Assembly: GCA_040755995.1 (NCBI GenBank)
Contig: JBFMAF010000032.1
Span: 193,306-257,305, forward strand
Direction: 5' to 3'
Source: Acidobacteriota bacterium
Lineage (GTDB): Bacteria > Acidobacteriota > CAIWXX01
Length of the DNA: 64,000 nucleotides
The first letter of the stretch is position 1, and each line of letters starts with the position of its first letter. This document shows positions 28,701 through 36,562 of the stretch, one piece after another. The notes below the pieces were generated by a model that worked only from the letters and a program-made list of their open reading frames with translations, was not told the origin of the DNA and did not search any database. The translations under genes and the position numbers were made by a program.

Positions 28701-31700
28701 CGGGACCCTGACGGCTGTGGCTGCCAACAACGGCTGCGCGCCGGTCACGGACGATTTCCGGATCAGTGTGGACGACGGCCAGGGGTGGACCGCCTCCTTG
28801 TGGTACAACGCGCAGCTCGGCGGCCCACTGCCGCTCGCCCGGGGTGCCTCGGCCACGCTCACGATCGACTGGGCGAGAGACTGGACCCCGCAACCGTACG
28901 TATGCAGCTTCCCGTCTGTCACCGTCACCCTTGACTCGGAGAGGACCCTCTGCGAGTGCACCGATGACAACAACACTGCGACAACCTCGATCGCGGTCGC
29001 CCTGCCGGACCTGGCCGTCCAGGCCATGTCGGCCGAATGCCAGTCCGACGGGATGCTCGATCTTCAGATCACGGTCGCCAACCTGGGGTGCGCCGACATC
29101 ACATCCGATTTCGACCTGACGATCGCCGCGTCGCACCAGTCGAAGACGGTGTCCTTCAAGAGCCTCGGCGGGGCTCTACCGCTGCGCGCCGGCGTCCCGC
29201 AAACGCTCACCGTCACGAAGTGGGCGTTCGACTGCGGCGCCGCGCGACTCGATTTCACCATCACCGCCGATCCGGACGAAAGCGTCTGCGAGCTCTCGTC
29301 GGCAAACAACGTGCTCAGCTGGACGTACCCGATCGGATCCCCCGACCTTCTCTTCGGTGACATCAGCTGGACCTGCAATGCCGACGGGTCGATCAACTTC
29401 ACGATCGTGGTGAAAAACGACGGCCACGCCGGGGCCCCGGGGGCCACCCTGAGTGTCTATGACGAGCGCGGGACGCTGATCCATTCCGAGAAAGTCAGCC
29501 CCAACGGCGGCGGTCAGAGCACCGTGACATTCACGACACCGCCCTATTCCCAAAACCAGGGCCACACATTCAGGTTCCGTCTCGACGGATCGGACGATGT
29601 CTGCGAGTGCGACGGTGCGAACAACGAAGAATCGACTGTCGTCAAGTGCCCGTACACGCCGGAGCCGGTGGCACTGATCACGGGCAAGACGACATCGGGC
29701 GGGAGCAACGTCAACGCGTGCGGCGAGGTCGAGTTTGTTCTGACAGTGCAGAACGTGGGCTCGGGGTACGCCTATGATGTCGTCATCACCGACATTCTCC
29801 CCCCAGGGTTCGAGTATGTCCTCGGATCCACGCGGGCCGAGTGGCCGGCCGGTTCGAGCACTGCCGACCCGTCGACCAGCGGCCGGCAGCTCGTATGGAA
29901 GACCGGCGCGGATCTCGCCGGGGGTGTCCCGGTCGGCGACACGCTCACGCTGCGGTTCAGGGCGAAGGCGCCGTCGTGCGGATCCGGAGGCAGGGATCTT
30001 ACCGACACCATCAAGGCGACTGCGAATGACGCAGGCGGCGATCCCGTTCCGCCTAGAACCGATGATCCCGACGACGTGGACCCGGACGATTCGTCGTCAT
30101 ACACCGTGCACCTCCTCTGCCCGCACCTCAAGGTCACGCGCCAGTGCCCGCCGGTGAGCGAGATAGGGGATGGCGGTGTCGTCGAGTACACGATCGTGAT
30201 AGCGAACGACGGCGATCCGGGCTCCGAGCTCACCATGATCGAAGTGATCGACCGGCTGCCTGCCGGTTGGACGCTGCAGTCCTTCACCAGCGACCCGGCG
30301 CAGCCGGTCAGCGCTCCGTCGCCGGGCAGCGCGGGAACGCTCCATTGGGACTACGGCGACTACCGCCTGCAGCCCGGTTCGCCGATCCGCCTCACCGTCC
30401 GCATAACCGCCGGTTCGGCGGCATGCGGGACCACGCTGGATGACCCGGTCACCGTCACGGCCAGGGATGACTGCGGGACGACGCCGTACTCGGCGGAGCC
30501 CGCGACGTGCCCGGTCCGTGTAACCTGTGGCGAGCCGCTGCTCGAGTTCGGCAAGATCTGCCCGGTCGCCGAACAGCCCGGCGGGATTTTCGTGTTCGAG
30601 CTTGTCGTCAGGAATCCGGGTGATGCCGCGCTGGATGACGTTCGCGTGCACGACAACCTGCCGGACAACTTCCAGTACGTCCCCGGATCGACGGCCGTCG
30701 ATGGATCGGCCGCAGCAGACCCGACGATCGACGGGCAGCTGCTCAAGTGGAGCCTCGGGCGTCTCGACGCACACACCGAGATCCATCTGATCTTCAGCGC
30801 CGTCGTTCCGGCGGACACCGATCCGGGTCGGTACTGCAACCTGGGCTGGGCCGAAGGGACCTGGTCTGCAGGGAAGAGACTGGTGTCCGACCAGAAGGAG
30901 TGCTGCGTGATCACGCGGCGGGAGTCCGTCGAGTGCTGCATCGAGGTTGACCAGACGCCGATATCATGGGACCAGCCGCCCGACAACTACATCTCGATGA
31001 TCGACCCGTACTTCCGGACAGAACCGGCCATGCTAGCTTCCTACGCCGCACTCGACCTTTGGGAGAAGATCGCGGCAGAGCCCGAGACGCCGGCCCACTT
31101 CGTGAAAGAACGCCTGCGGAACTACGCGCTGGCCACCGTCGAGGAGTTCTATCTGCGGTCGAGGCTTGGTGTCGTTCTCGATGACGGGACACTCCGCCTG
31201 TCGGCCGGCGGCGCGTACCCGGAGAGTGGGGACGAAGGCTGGACAGCTTCACGCGAGGATTCGGAGATGACCGCCTCGCAGATCGCAATCGAGCTCCTCG
31301 CCCTCAATCGCGCGGTGCGCGCGGAAGAGGAGCCGGATGCCAGGACGAAGCTCGATAAGCTCATCGAGGAAAGGCTCGCCTTCGTGCGCGCCGCCATCTC
31401 CGACCTGCCGCATTCCTGGAAGATCGACCGCGAGAAGGCGGACCGGCAGGACGAGGACGCGACGCTACACGACCGAGCAGTGCTCTATCTGAGCATGTCT
31501 GAGCTGAGCCGGGCGGGACGCGCGGGTGCAGACCTGCTGGCCGGAGAACTGCTGAAGAGCCTGAAGCCGGTCGACACGGAGGGCTTCGACCGGGAGAGGC
31601 CGCTCGAGGAGCTCTTCTTCACGCTCGCCCTGCTTGAAAACGGGCGCGCAGAACAGGCGGCTCTCAAGATCCGCGAGTTCGAGAAACTGTACGCGGCAGG

Positions 31701-34101
31701 CGAGGTCAAGCCCGATACGATAGGCACGCGAGCGCTCGCCTCGTTTGTGGATGCTCGCGCGGGCGGGACGCTGGCACGCGAGATCCTCTCGCGCGTGGAA
31801 AAGGACTTCCTCGTGCCGGACGCAGGGATACTCGCCGAGCCGCAGTCAGACATGACCTACTCGATCAGCCTTCGCGACTACGCAGCGCTGCTGCTGGCCT
31901 ACCAGACTCGGTTCGGGGACCGCCCGGAAGAGACGGCCGGGATCCTCTACCGGATGACCGAGGACACCGGCCTGTTCCTGAGAGAGAAGAACCTGGCGGT
32001 CGGCCGCACGCCGCTGGCGCTCATCCGGAATGACCGGTACGGCGACGAGCGGCCGCCTGTGCTGCCGATCGAGCGAGGCACAGAACGGCTGGCATCGGTG
32101 TTCACAGAGTCCGTGTCGGTGCGGTCGCCGCGCATGCCGGCCGGCGAAGAGAGTCTCTTCCCGAACAAGTTTGCGAAGATGCTTTCGCCCCGCTACGAGG
32201 AATCCACGTCGCAGGCGGCGGCGCTCTCGCACGAAGCGCAGTTTGTCGGGCGGCTGTTGATGAAGAGTCCGGAGCGGGTGGTGCGCGAGGCCGGGAGAAG
32301 CCTCGACGAGTTCGGCAAGTCCTACGTTGTGGCGCTGATGGACAGCGGCGCCGGGGCACGGCAGAACGGGACGCTGGTCGTGCCCGAGAGGGACGTGGCT
32401 ACGAAGGGCTCCAAACAGGGGTTGCGCGACCTCGAGCCGCTGCGGACCGGCATCCGGTACGATACGGAGTCTTTCGCGGACTACGCACTGGCGAGCAGGA
32501 TGTACGTGGACGCCCCGGGCAAGAGGATCGAGGATGCACAGGGGGTCCTCCTCTTGCAGCGGAAGATCCTCGATCGTTTCGGCGAAGCCGGCTACGTGCC
32601 CGAGAGCTTCGAGGCGTTTGTCGACGGCGATGGTACTGCGGTCACGGTCTTGCCGTCTTCCGAGAAGGCGCGCAAGATGGCCGTGGCCAAGCTTGCAGCG
32701 GTTTTCACCGAAGCCTCGATCAAGAAGGCGCTCGAGCCGGAAGGCGAGCCGCTGATTTCCGAGGATCTGCTGTTCTTGGCCATGAAGCCTGAGCTGGCGA
32801 AGTACTTCCAGAACGAACTGCGGGCTGTCGTGGACCGCGATGAACGGGGAGCGTGGGAGATCGCGGCTGATGTGGTGGCGCGCCGGCTTCTGGGCTTTGA
32901 CCCGAGCGACTCGATGAAGAAGCTGCTCGATGTTTGGGACGCGGACGTGGCCTTGCCGCCGGGCGAGCCGCCCGCCACATCCAGCATCGGGCCGGTGCTG
33001 CGCTATGATCCGCCGGCTCTGCTCCTCTACCTGCTCGCACGGCACGACGCGAACGACTTCAGGTTCAGGCGCACATTGAGTCTCTTCGGCACGCTCATCG
33101 AGAGCGAATGGAGCCTGAGATGGGAGAAGACCCACGCGATGCTGCCTCCGTCAGAGTTCTGGCTGCTGAAGGAGGGACCGAAGAGCAGGCCCGAGGACGG
33201 CGATCTCGTCACGTTCGGTGTGCGGGTCGAGAACCGGTGCCCAGTGGCCGAAGCGCGGGCGCATGACATCCCGGCGCTTCTGTTGAAGGCCGAGTTCCTG
33301 CCGTCGCCGTTGTACGCGGGCACCGAGCCGGCCGAGGGCCTGAACGTCCTGAAGGAGTTCCTGTGGTCGTACCGGGACTTCGTGGAAGGCGACCTGTTGA
33401 GCTACCGGTACCAGGTGCTCCTGCCGAGGGACCTGCGCGGAAGATACGTCGAGGGCAGGCTGTGGGCGCGGGGCTACTCGGGATACGAGCAGTTCGGCCC
33501 TGACAGCGCCGCGGGCCTCCTGTGCGAAGACGTGGATCCGGTCGAGCTACTGCCGATTGTGCCGTTGAAGCCGATCCAGGCTATCGTCTATCACGACGTC
33601 AACGTCAACGGCATCCTAGACGCCGGCGAACGCGGGATCCCGGGAATCGCGTTCAAGGACACGCTCGGGCGAGTCTACCTGAGCGACGCCGAAGGACGGT
33701 TCGATGTCGCGGCGGGCGACCAGCACGTGGGCCTACAGATCGAGCTCAAGTCGGTGCACGCGACATACGTGCTCACGACCGCTCCCACCCGTCTGCTGAA
33801 CCGCGACACCGGGGGTCCAGTGCAGTTCGGCATGGTCTCCTGCGTGACGCTGCGCGGAGTAGTCTACGAGGACGCCAATGACAACGGCGTGTACGACGAC
33901 GGCGAGCCGAGGCCGCAGGGTGCGGTGCTAAAAGCCGGCGAGAAGCACGCGGTGACCGGACCGGGCGGCACATTCGAGCTCAGGAACCTGCCAGAGGCGT
34001 GGATAGACACTCTCGACATCGACTCGCGCCAGCCGTTCCTGCATGCCGCACTGGGCAAGCTGAGGATCGTGACGAGCGAGCTTGTCGGGGCCCGGGATTA
34101 G
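19765..34101 (+). CDS. Giant (~4780 aa) Cys-rich DUF11/CARDB repeat surface protein with a helical domain and C-terminal SdrD-B-like domains
   Basis: Uninterrupted ORF; GGGAGG before ATG 19765; signal peptide; many DUF11 and PDL...D..N.(V/I)CEC...NN repeats; two terminal VYxDxNxNGxxDxGE motifs. Confidence 0.9.
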   Translation: MISRKPALILACLLGLTRILPAQGVSVGGDSTINKCETKAYYIEIQNNSGNPLTSIVVTARLGNLTGFSYVNGTSILQINGGPAFCTVDPTPSGTNIVWDIDTDCGGGPYTLNNGDSLRVTFGLATDCTAVSGSLNSRIDYEISGTPMFDETGVHSIQVLPGGVTIKKTPNVIPQRVGQNVTWTLTVENSGLGMIENVEVTDVLGAGLLYVSSNPAGVNAAQTTMWSSTEIPGFASMTPGETITIDITATVIACENLDNTADVRWGCSSSEICFDTATDGGTATASVQRIPQTPNLSFTPPDITFTYCENTSADSVTITNVGDGVAYDVRLCVDFSPLTVVGSSAPYNIGCFEIPDIPAGGSYVLDFTLGYSTWCGGATIAKTLIWIPTYADECGNAFYPPIAISSVNSVADQPSLSVTKTGGPAEIQIGAQVTYTITSAYAGPLSCGTGGSVGIVTVVDTVPNGFTVVDAGGGTWVPGGGGTGGTITWTYMPPASLSTSITLQAPDVTQCETYCFTTFTNSVTATVVDCCGCTLNASASQTTAIECEEQVDSNKTANPATVERCDEVQYTNTYDFSAGATMNLNTLVFEEHAENQQDYVPGSLSVVFDGSDITGCVSITDATPGGYLLLDFSGCAASAVAGRNLTIVYRLAITEATVGACSGTSFYSWSGLDIGTSGNQCLQDGVIYETTVVNVEAPAMSVALSGLDAIIDKCKTESVTLTLSQTSAVANPRDVRLVLSGLNYYIVNPAAVICSGAVAPTSCTPAIVGDDYVWYFADGFTGSGQSATLQMDVQKRCTGGGDLTATAYFDDQCNDDATYDDMCSVSGTDSPLVLLSGDLLIEKTPEVYYAATNTIVWKIYLTNRGTGVAYNVWVDDVLGSGLDYVSAVVDNMTGVTITADQDHNGGAINGATISIAQITAGARREITFTALLIDCDNLTNDVTSSWGCGGLDCQTAVSDSSTVEIPAPLLVNTNVVTTPADSCSSPSGMITVKNAGQTTTYNVQLTETLPAGLLYVSGTTRWRLNGGAWNGPDPAYDPDPTTSPILWTPAEIPGLAELDAGDTVEIDYDLLASCLFTGGNTVLSTSYENPCGQVFTNADSVFTVALRAPQITVTKTRVDEPIDCGQLVEWTITVQNTSGYTLPIIWVEDTMDAAYTYSSSVGDPPFTSDDGTFDGVNTVAWELLNVNHNDTVTLILRATSDSSPCSPDLDNTVLAWWGCGAADGSSATKPGADPPDDNLCLTSTSVSAVRTETREPDLAVLSVQMTPSDIDSCNDSTTVRIVIENSGPTDASDLDLVTTLPAGLSYNAGSSQTCIGTDDTCALAPVLDPAPAGSQLTYYNLGDKSSDIANVLQAAGGNDTLVLELDLRSNCYTTANMGIRLYYYDCCGDTQYNTNLNQTITAVQPSLTITKTPLTSQVDCGDPQTWTITVTNTGTGNAQVIRVEDTPGDWIDVNIGASSPGLYDMGGGVYGWEFNNLAGGASQSFSLVGALNPDGFPNQADCAAALRQNVAATVWGCGTSGDATDGDPRTQGYDCTYGTATSATATLQMPDLVMDSISPSISCTSDGTFSGSISVTVRNSGDGIAYGPFTVQVTDGTGWTGTGTYAGNLGSGSSANVTIDTSTWNPDCSPCTYNITATADSAADVCECNEANNSLGPQAYTPSVPDVQVDGDTLAMTCVVDGQYRISGQVTLRNAGCAGTLTQNVPMRFTLHSGAGCTGAQVAQWTETFTGVSIAAGATQAFTITNYTITGNACTSATACEMSVLAEADYTNAICESDGTNNTRCSDKTFTIPDLRVDSDTLAISCSADGQIRIQGNLVIANDGCGANLVTNIPIRIRVYNSDAACSGANGVITFTQAGVNIPAGGTQAFAINRTLNRNLCTNSTGCQVAVGVELDYTDVICECTNTNNNYCSPNKTVSIPDLQVTGDTLAVSCLQDGQVRVSGDVTVANTGCNAAVAGNLPVRFTLFSNINCGGAQLAQWTETFAGANIAAGASQVFTITNRDIITNICANSTGCQVSLRIEADPAPSTICECNGGNNSRCANKNVSVPDLRITALTPLVSCASDGSLSGTVQVTVNNNGCGAANNVPVRLVSDCGYTFTDQTVVALAAGASTTLTFAFTPDISRCTCAFTATADPDNVVCECDGTDNSLASAPYTSPVPDLTITDIDFSGIICANDNVSGSVSVTVRNEGCGTAGNFQVALATDGCLSFSNQVVGSLAAGASTTLTFNVSGSWADCADGSCDFTATADSTGTVCEYDGTNNNRTETYSLSLPDLVVSDIDFSGIGCANDNISGSVSVTVENRGSGAANNFQVALATDGCLTFTNQTVAALAAGASTTVTFNVSGSWPDCTDCSCDFTATVDPTNAVCECDGTNNSRTETYSFDLPDLTVNSVTPQASCTSDGSLSGTVTVNVSNIGCGAANSVVVRLTSDCGHTFSDQTINLAAGAGTNVVFNYTPTGTACTCTFAAAIDPDNAICECNGTNNSASAAPYTHTTPDLTVTDIDFSGITCAADNVAGSVSVTIANQGCGTAANFEVSLGTDGCLTFSNQAVGSLAAGASTTLTFNVSGSWADCADGSCDFTATVDATGVVCELDGGNNARTETYSSTMPDLVVNDIDFSGIACTNDSISGSVSVTIQNRGFGPANNFEVALATDGCLTFTSQTISLAAGATTTLTFPVSGSWNGCSDCDCVFTASVDPTNVVCECDGTNNTRTETHTSNLPNLVVSAVATNVICLADGSATGTNVTVANTGCAGASNVVVRLFSDCGLTFADRVVNLAAGETRDVIFLFTPGIVSCTCNFTATIDPDNTICECDGTDNTLSGAAAMEIPDIEVQTEAITVACAGDGQYEVSGTVSLVNNGCGPALTANIPIRMTLFGGSGCTGTVLAQWTETLTSVNTPSAGGTQSFTITPSVFSGDFCAGSSNCGVSLLIEADYNESICEWDGTDNTLCVEKTISVPDVALTSLVPSIACNTDGDVSGTLTAVAANNGCAPVTDDFRISVDDGQGWTASLWYNAQLGGPLPLARGASATLTIDWARDWTPQPYVCSFPSVTVTLDSERTLCECTDDNNTATTSIAVALPDLAVQAMSAECQSDGMLDLQITVANLGCADITSDFDLTIAASHQSKTVSFKSLGGALPLRAGVPQTLTVTKWAFDCGAARLDFTITADPDESVCELSSANNVLSWTYPIGSPDLLFGDISWTCNADGSINFTIVVKNDGHAGAPGATLSVYDERGTLIHSEKVSPNGGGQSTVTFTTPPYSQNQGHTFRFRLDGSDDVCECDGANNEESTVVKCPYTPEPVALITGKTTSGGSNVNACGEVEFVLTVQNVGSGYAYDVVITDILPPGFEYVLGSTRAEWPAGSSTADPSTSGRQLVWKTGADLAGGVPVGDTLTLRFRAKAPSCGSGGRDLTDTIKATANDAGGDPVPPRTDDPDDVDPDDSSSYTVHLLCPHLKVTRQCPPVSEIGDGGVVEYTIVIANDGDPGSELTMIEVIDRLPAGWTLQSFTSDPAQPVSAPSPGSAGTLHWDYGDYRLQPGSPIRLTVRITAGSAACGTTLDDPVTVTARDDCGTTPYSAEPATCPVRVTCGEPLLEFGKICPVAEQPGGIFVFELVVRNPGDAALDDVRVHDNLPDNFQYVPGSTAVDGSAAADPTIDGQLLKWSLGRLDAHTEIHLIFSAVVPADTDPGRYCNLGWAEGTWSAGKRLVSDQKECCVITRRESVECCIEVDQTPISWDQPPDNYISMIDPYFRTEPAMLASYAALDLWEKIAAEPETPAHFVKERLRNYALATVEEFYLRSRLGVVLDDGTLRLSAGGAYPESGDEGWTASREDSEMTASQIAIELLALNRAVRAEEEPDARTKLDKLIEERLAFVRAAISDLPHSWKIDREKADRQDEDATLHDRAVLYLSMSELSRAGRAGADLLAGELLKSLKPVDTEGFDRERPLEELFFTLALLENGRAEQAALKIREFEKLYAAGEVKPDTIGTRALASFVDARAGGTLAREILSRVEKDFLVPDAGILAEPQSDMTYSISLRDYAALLLAYQTRFGDRPEETAGILYRMTEDTGLFLREKNLAVGRTPLALIRNDRYGDERPPVLPIERGTERLASVFTESVSVRSPRMPAGEESLFPNKFAKMLSPRYEESTSQAAALSHEAQFVGRLLMKSPERVVREAGRSLDEFGKSYVVALMDSGAGARQNGTLVVPERDVATKGSKQGLRDLEPLRTGIRYDTESFADYALASRMYVDAPGKRIEDAQGVLLLQRKILDRFGEAGYVPESFEAFVDGDGTAVTVLPSSEKARKMAVAKLAAVFTEASIKKALEPEGEPLISEDLLFLAMKPELAKYFQNELRAVVDRDERGAWEIAADVVARRLLGFDPSDSMKKLLDVWDADVALPPGEPPATSSIGPVLRYDPPALLLYLLARHDANDFRFRRTLSLFGTLIESEWSLRWEKTHAMLPPSEFWLLKEGPKSRPEDGDLVTFGVRVENRCPVAEARAHDIPALLLKAEFLPSPLYAGTEPAEGLNVLKEFLWSYRDFVEGDLLSYRYQVLLPRDLRGRYVEGRLWARGYSGYEQFGPDSAAGLLCEDVDPVELLPIVPLKPIQAIVYHDVNVNGILDAGERGIPGIAFKDTLGRVYLSDAEGRFDVAAGDQHVGLQIELKSVHATYVLTTAPTRLLNRDTGGPVQFGMVSCVTLRGVVYEDANDNGVYDDGEPRPQGAVLKAGEKHAVTGPGGTFELRNLPEAWIDTLDIDSRQPFLHAALGKLRIVTSELVGARD
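25912..27927 (+). repeat. Duplicated three-domain CARDB-like block (A-B-B' twice)
   Basis: PDL starts at 25912/26245/26584 and 26923/27253/27592 (period 1008-1011 bp), with long stretches of near-identical DNA. Confidence 0.8.
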
Positions 34102-34409
34102 CAGCGGCTGACTTCATCTGATATCTCAGCAGACTCCAGTCGAGATTCTGAAAACTGAAGAAAAGGCGTCACAGCCTGATGAGCCTGACGAATCTGCCAA
34201 TGGGCCAGCGTCTGGCCGTTTTCCAGGAAGTGGATGAACGATTCGATCTTTGCAGCGTCCGCCTTCGACCCCGGCGTGCAGAACTGCTGGAAGCTCTGCA
34301 CCCATTTGACGTAGTAAGGTGCCTGGTTTTCCGGGACCAATCGGCGGCTTCTCAGATGGTTCTGAAATTGCTGGAGAAGCTCATCTTGCCGCGTAAGAAT
34401 CACCGCCAT
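34098..34409 (-). pseudogene. Truncated integron integrase: N-terminal SAM-like domain only
   Basis: FQNHL...VP...APYYVKWVQSF...FIHFL...WQIRQAHQAV pattern of integrase SAM-like domains; divergent from attI and the cassettes; no catalytic RHRY domain. Confidence 0.7.
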
Positions 34410-34528
34410 TGCTGGGCCAGCCTCAATACGCCGACCACCGCATACCACAGTATCGAAGAGTGGTCCTCAATCCGTCCACCGGCCGAACGGATCGAAAGCA
34501 GGAATCCAGAGAAACACTCAATTGAACG

Positions 34529-34557
34529 TTGACAGAACGCTGTCCCCGAACTACGAT
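34529..34557 (+). promoter_or_regulatory. Cassette promoter (Pc-like)
   Basis: TTGACA(34529-34534)-17 bp-TACGAT(34552-34557), pointing into the array. Confidence 0.75.
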
Positions 34558-34652
34558 CCCAGCAGATCAGCGGGACGAGCTGGGATAGGAGGAACTCCTC
34601 GAGACGAGCGACACCGTTCGATAGGGGCCAACATGGGAAAGCCGGGGCTTCC

Positions 34653-34670
34653 GTCTAATAATTGTTAGCC
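34653..34670 (+). other. attI recombination site
   Basis: GTCTAATAATT-GTTAGCC; GTTAGCCCTCA is the exact complement of TGAGGGCTAAC at attC1. Confidence 0.75.
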
Positions 34671-34691
34671 CTCATCGGAAGGAAGAGACCA

Positions 34692-35135
34692 ATGATCCAG
34701 AAGAGGAACGCCAAGAAGCAGGCAGCGAAGAAGCCCGCCGCGCAGAAGGCGAGCCCGGAGTCACCCTCCGGGCTGATCGAGGCCAGGATCAAAGAGCTGG
34801 GCGACTGGCGGAGCAAAGCTCTCTCCCGCGTCCGCGCTCTCATCAAGCAGGCCGACCCAGATGTGGTCGAGGAGTTGAAGTGGAGAAAGCCATCCAACCC
34901 GATGGGGGTCCCAGTGTGGTCTCACGACGGGATCATCTGCACCGGTGAAATATACAAGGGCCGCGTCAAGCTGACCTTCGCCAAGGGCGCCGCGCTCAAG
35001 GACCCTTTCCGCCTCTTCAAATCGAGCCTGGAGGGCAACGCCAGGCGGGCCATCGACATCCGCGAATGCGACAAGATCGACGAGGAGGCGTTCAAAGCAC
35101 TGGTCCGCGCCGCCGTGGTCCTTAATACATCGTGA
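34692..35135 (+). CDS. Cassette 1: DUF1801 (YdhG-like) protein
   Basis: LGDWR...RALIKQADP.V.EE.KW...GVPVWSHDGIICTGE...KLTFAKGAAL.DP signature. Confidence 0.85.
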   Translation: MIQKRNAKKQAAKKPAAQKASPESPSGLIEARIKELGDWRSKALSRVRALIKQADPDVVEELKWRKPSNPMGVPVWSHDGIICTGEIYKGRVKLTFAKGAALKDPFRLFKSSLEGNARRAIDIRECDKIDEEAFKALVRAAVVLNTS

Positions 35136-35148
35136 GTTGGGCGGTGAG

Positions 35149-35220
35149 GGCTAACAACGGGTTCCAGCCGACGGTCCTCGCGCTGCACGCTCGGCCTGTG
35201 GCTGAACCCGAGCGTTAGGC
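35149..35220 (+). other. attC1 (72 bp)
   Basis: GGCTAAC...GTTCCAGCC / GGCTGAAC...GTTAGGC imperfect palindrome with an extrahelical base. Confidence 0.9.
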
Positions 35221-35347
35221 GCCCAGGGGGCGAGCAATGGCCACTAGCAAGCGGAAATCGGCTGGGTCGTGTCCCTCTTGCAAGTGCGCTTACTGAACGG
35301 ACGCCCGCGAACGACATTTGAAGCAGATCTAGGGTTCGGAGTACACG

Positions 35348-35773
35348 ATGGCGAAGAACTCACAATGGGACTGGCGCGCAATTGGGTTCGGAGTCCTCAT
35401 CGCTGTCGGTGTGTTGGGCTTCATCGCGGCGACCGCTTGGAGTATCTATCGCGCTTACGCTAAACCCGAAGCAGCTCAATCATCCGGTGTTACGAATGTA
35501 ATCCTAGTCGTGGCGGGTTTGCTAGTAACCGCGTGGGCGCTACTTTCCACAATCGCGTCTGCGGTGCGGTGGATTCGGCGTTGGCGTTGGCAGTCGCGAT
35601 GGAGAGCGCAAAAGCACAAGGAAAACCTCAGTAGGGCGATCCATGGCGAGGGAACTGTCCTTGTGTCATGCCCAGGCTGTGGGAAGTTCCTCAATCATTA
35701 TCGCGAGATTGTGTGGAAGGATGGCACCCCGTGCGTCAAATGCGAATGCGGCCAACTCGTTCGCGCCTGGTGA
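35348..35773 (+). CDS. Cassette 2: two-TM protein with C-terminal Zn-ribbon
   Basis: GGAG Shine-Dalgarno; 2 transmembrane helices; CPGC and CVKCEC. Confidence 0.65.
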   Translation: MAKNSQWDWRAIGFGVLIAVGVLGFIAATAWSIYRAYAKPEAAQSSGVTNVILVVAGLLVTAWALLSTIASAVRWIRRWRWQSRWRAQKHKENLSRAIHGEGTVLVSCPGCGKFLNHYREIVWKDGTPCVKCECGQLVRAW

Positions 35774-35857
35774 AAGTGCCTGCACTCAGTCGCCCACGGT
35801 TCAGCGTCGTCTACCATCGGGACGCTTCGACGCACTGCGACGGCGTCGTGGCTGGGC

Positions 35858-35936
35858 GCCTAACACGTCGTTTCAGCGGACGTCAGGTCTGGCCTGCGGC
35901 CAGCCCTGCCGCCGCTGAACTCCATAGCCGTTGGGC
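35858..35936 (+). other. attC2 (79 bp)
   Basis: GCCTAAC...TTTCAGCGG / CCGCTGAA...GTTGGGC; CTGGGCGCCTAAC is complementary to the cassette start GTTAGGCGCCCAG. Confidence 0.9.
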
Positions 35937-35938
35937 GG

Positions 35939-36523
35939 ATGCGAACCGGAGGTGCTATGTCAGCCCGATCGATAGGCTCCTGTGACGCGCGGCTGTCCTG
36001 GAGCCTCCTATTGGCGGCCGCGTTGGCGGCAATCGGCCTGCTTAGGCTTTTCAGCGATTTTCTTACGGACATCGACCCGACTTGGGTGTCGATCCTCGGC
36101 GACTCGCCCATACATTTCTTGGCACGCACCACCGACGGCTCGCTTGCAGGCAACCTCAATGTCCAGTACTTCAAGGTGATGGCGATCCCTTGCGGACTAG
36201 CCGTTCTCTTCCTTGTCAACGGCGGCCTGACCGGCGGTATTGCCGCGGCGGAGCAACGGTGGGCAAGTCCTCGGTTTCGCTGGACCTGCATTTTCGCCTT
36301 GGCAGCGGTGTGTGCATTTTGCGAAGTCGAGAAGGCCACGCACCTCCTGGGCCTCCCGACCGGGGTCGTGGAGGGCGAGCGAGCCTGGCTAAACCACGTG
36401 GTTCATACCGTTGGAGGTATCTTGTCCTACCCGCTGTCATTTCTGTTTCGGTATCGCGTGCGAACAACCGCGGAGACCCCAGTTCTTTCAGTCCAGAATG
36501 ACCCAGAGTGCCCTGGGAACTAA
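35939..36523 (+). CDS. Cassette 3: hypothetical membrane protein
   Basis: About 4 hydrophobic segments; fills the cassette; the start may be ATG 35957 after GGAGG. Confidence 0.6.
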   Translation: MRTGGAMSARSIGSCDARLSWSLLLAAALAAIGLLRLFSDFLTDIDPTWVSILGDSPIHFLARTTDGSLAGNLNVQYFKVMAIPCGLAVLFLVNGGLTGGIAAAEQRWASPRFRWTCIFALAAVCAFCEVEKATHLLGLPTGVVEGERAWLNHVVHTVGGILSYPLSFLFRYRVRTTAETPVLSVQNDPECPGN

Positions 36524-36562
36524 CCCCCACTCCAGAAGTGTAGGCCCGGAAGGAAGGGCACC

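Noticed and set aside
36517..36547. Extra collapsed attC (AACTAAC...GTGTAGGC) at the end of the cassette 3 gene
   Set aside because: Too short, lacks GTT and paired L boxes; the cassette start matches the R'' at 36563 instead.
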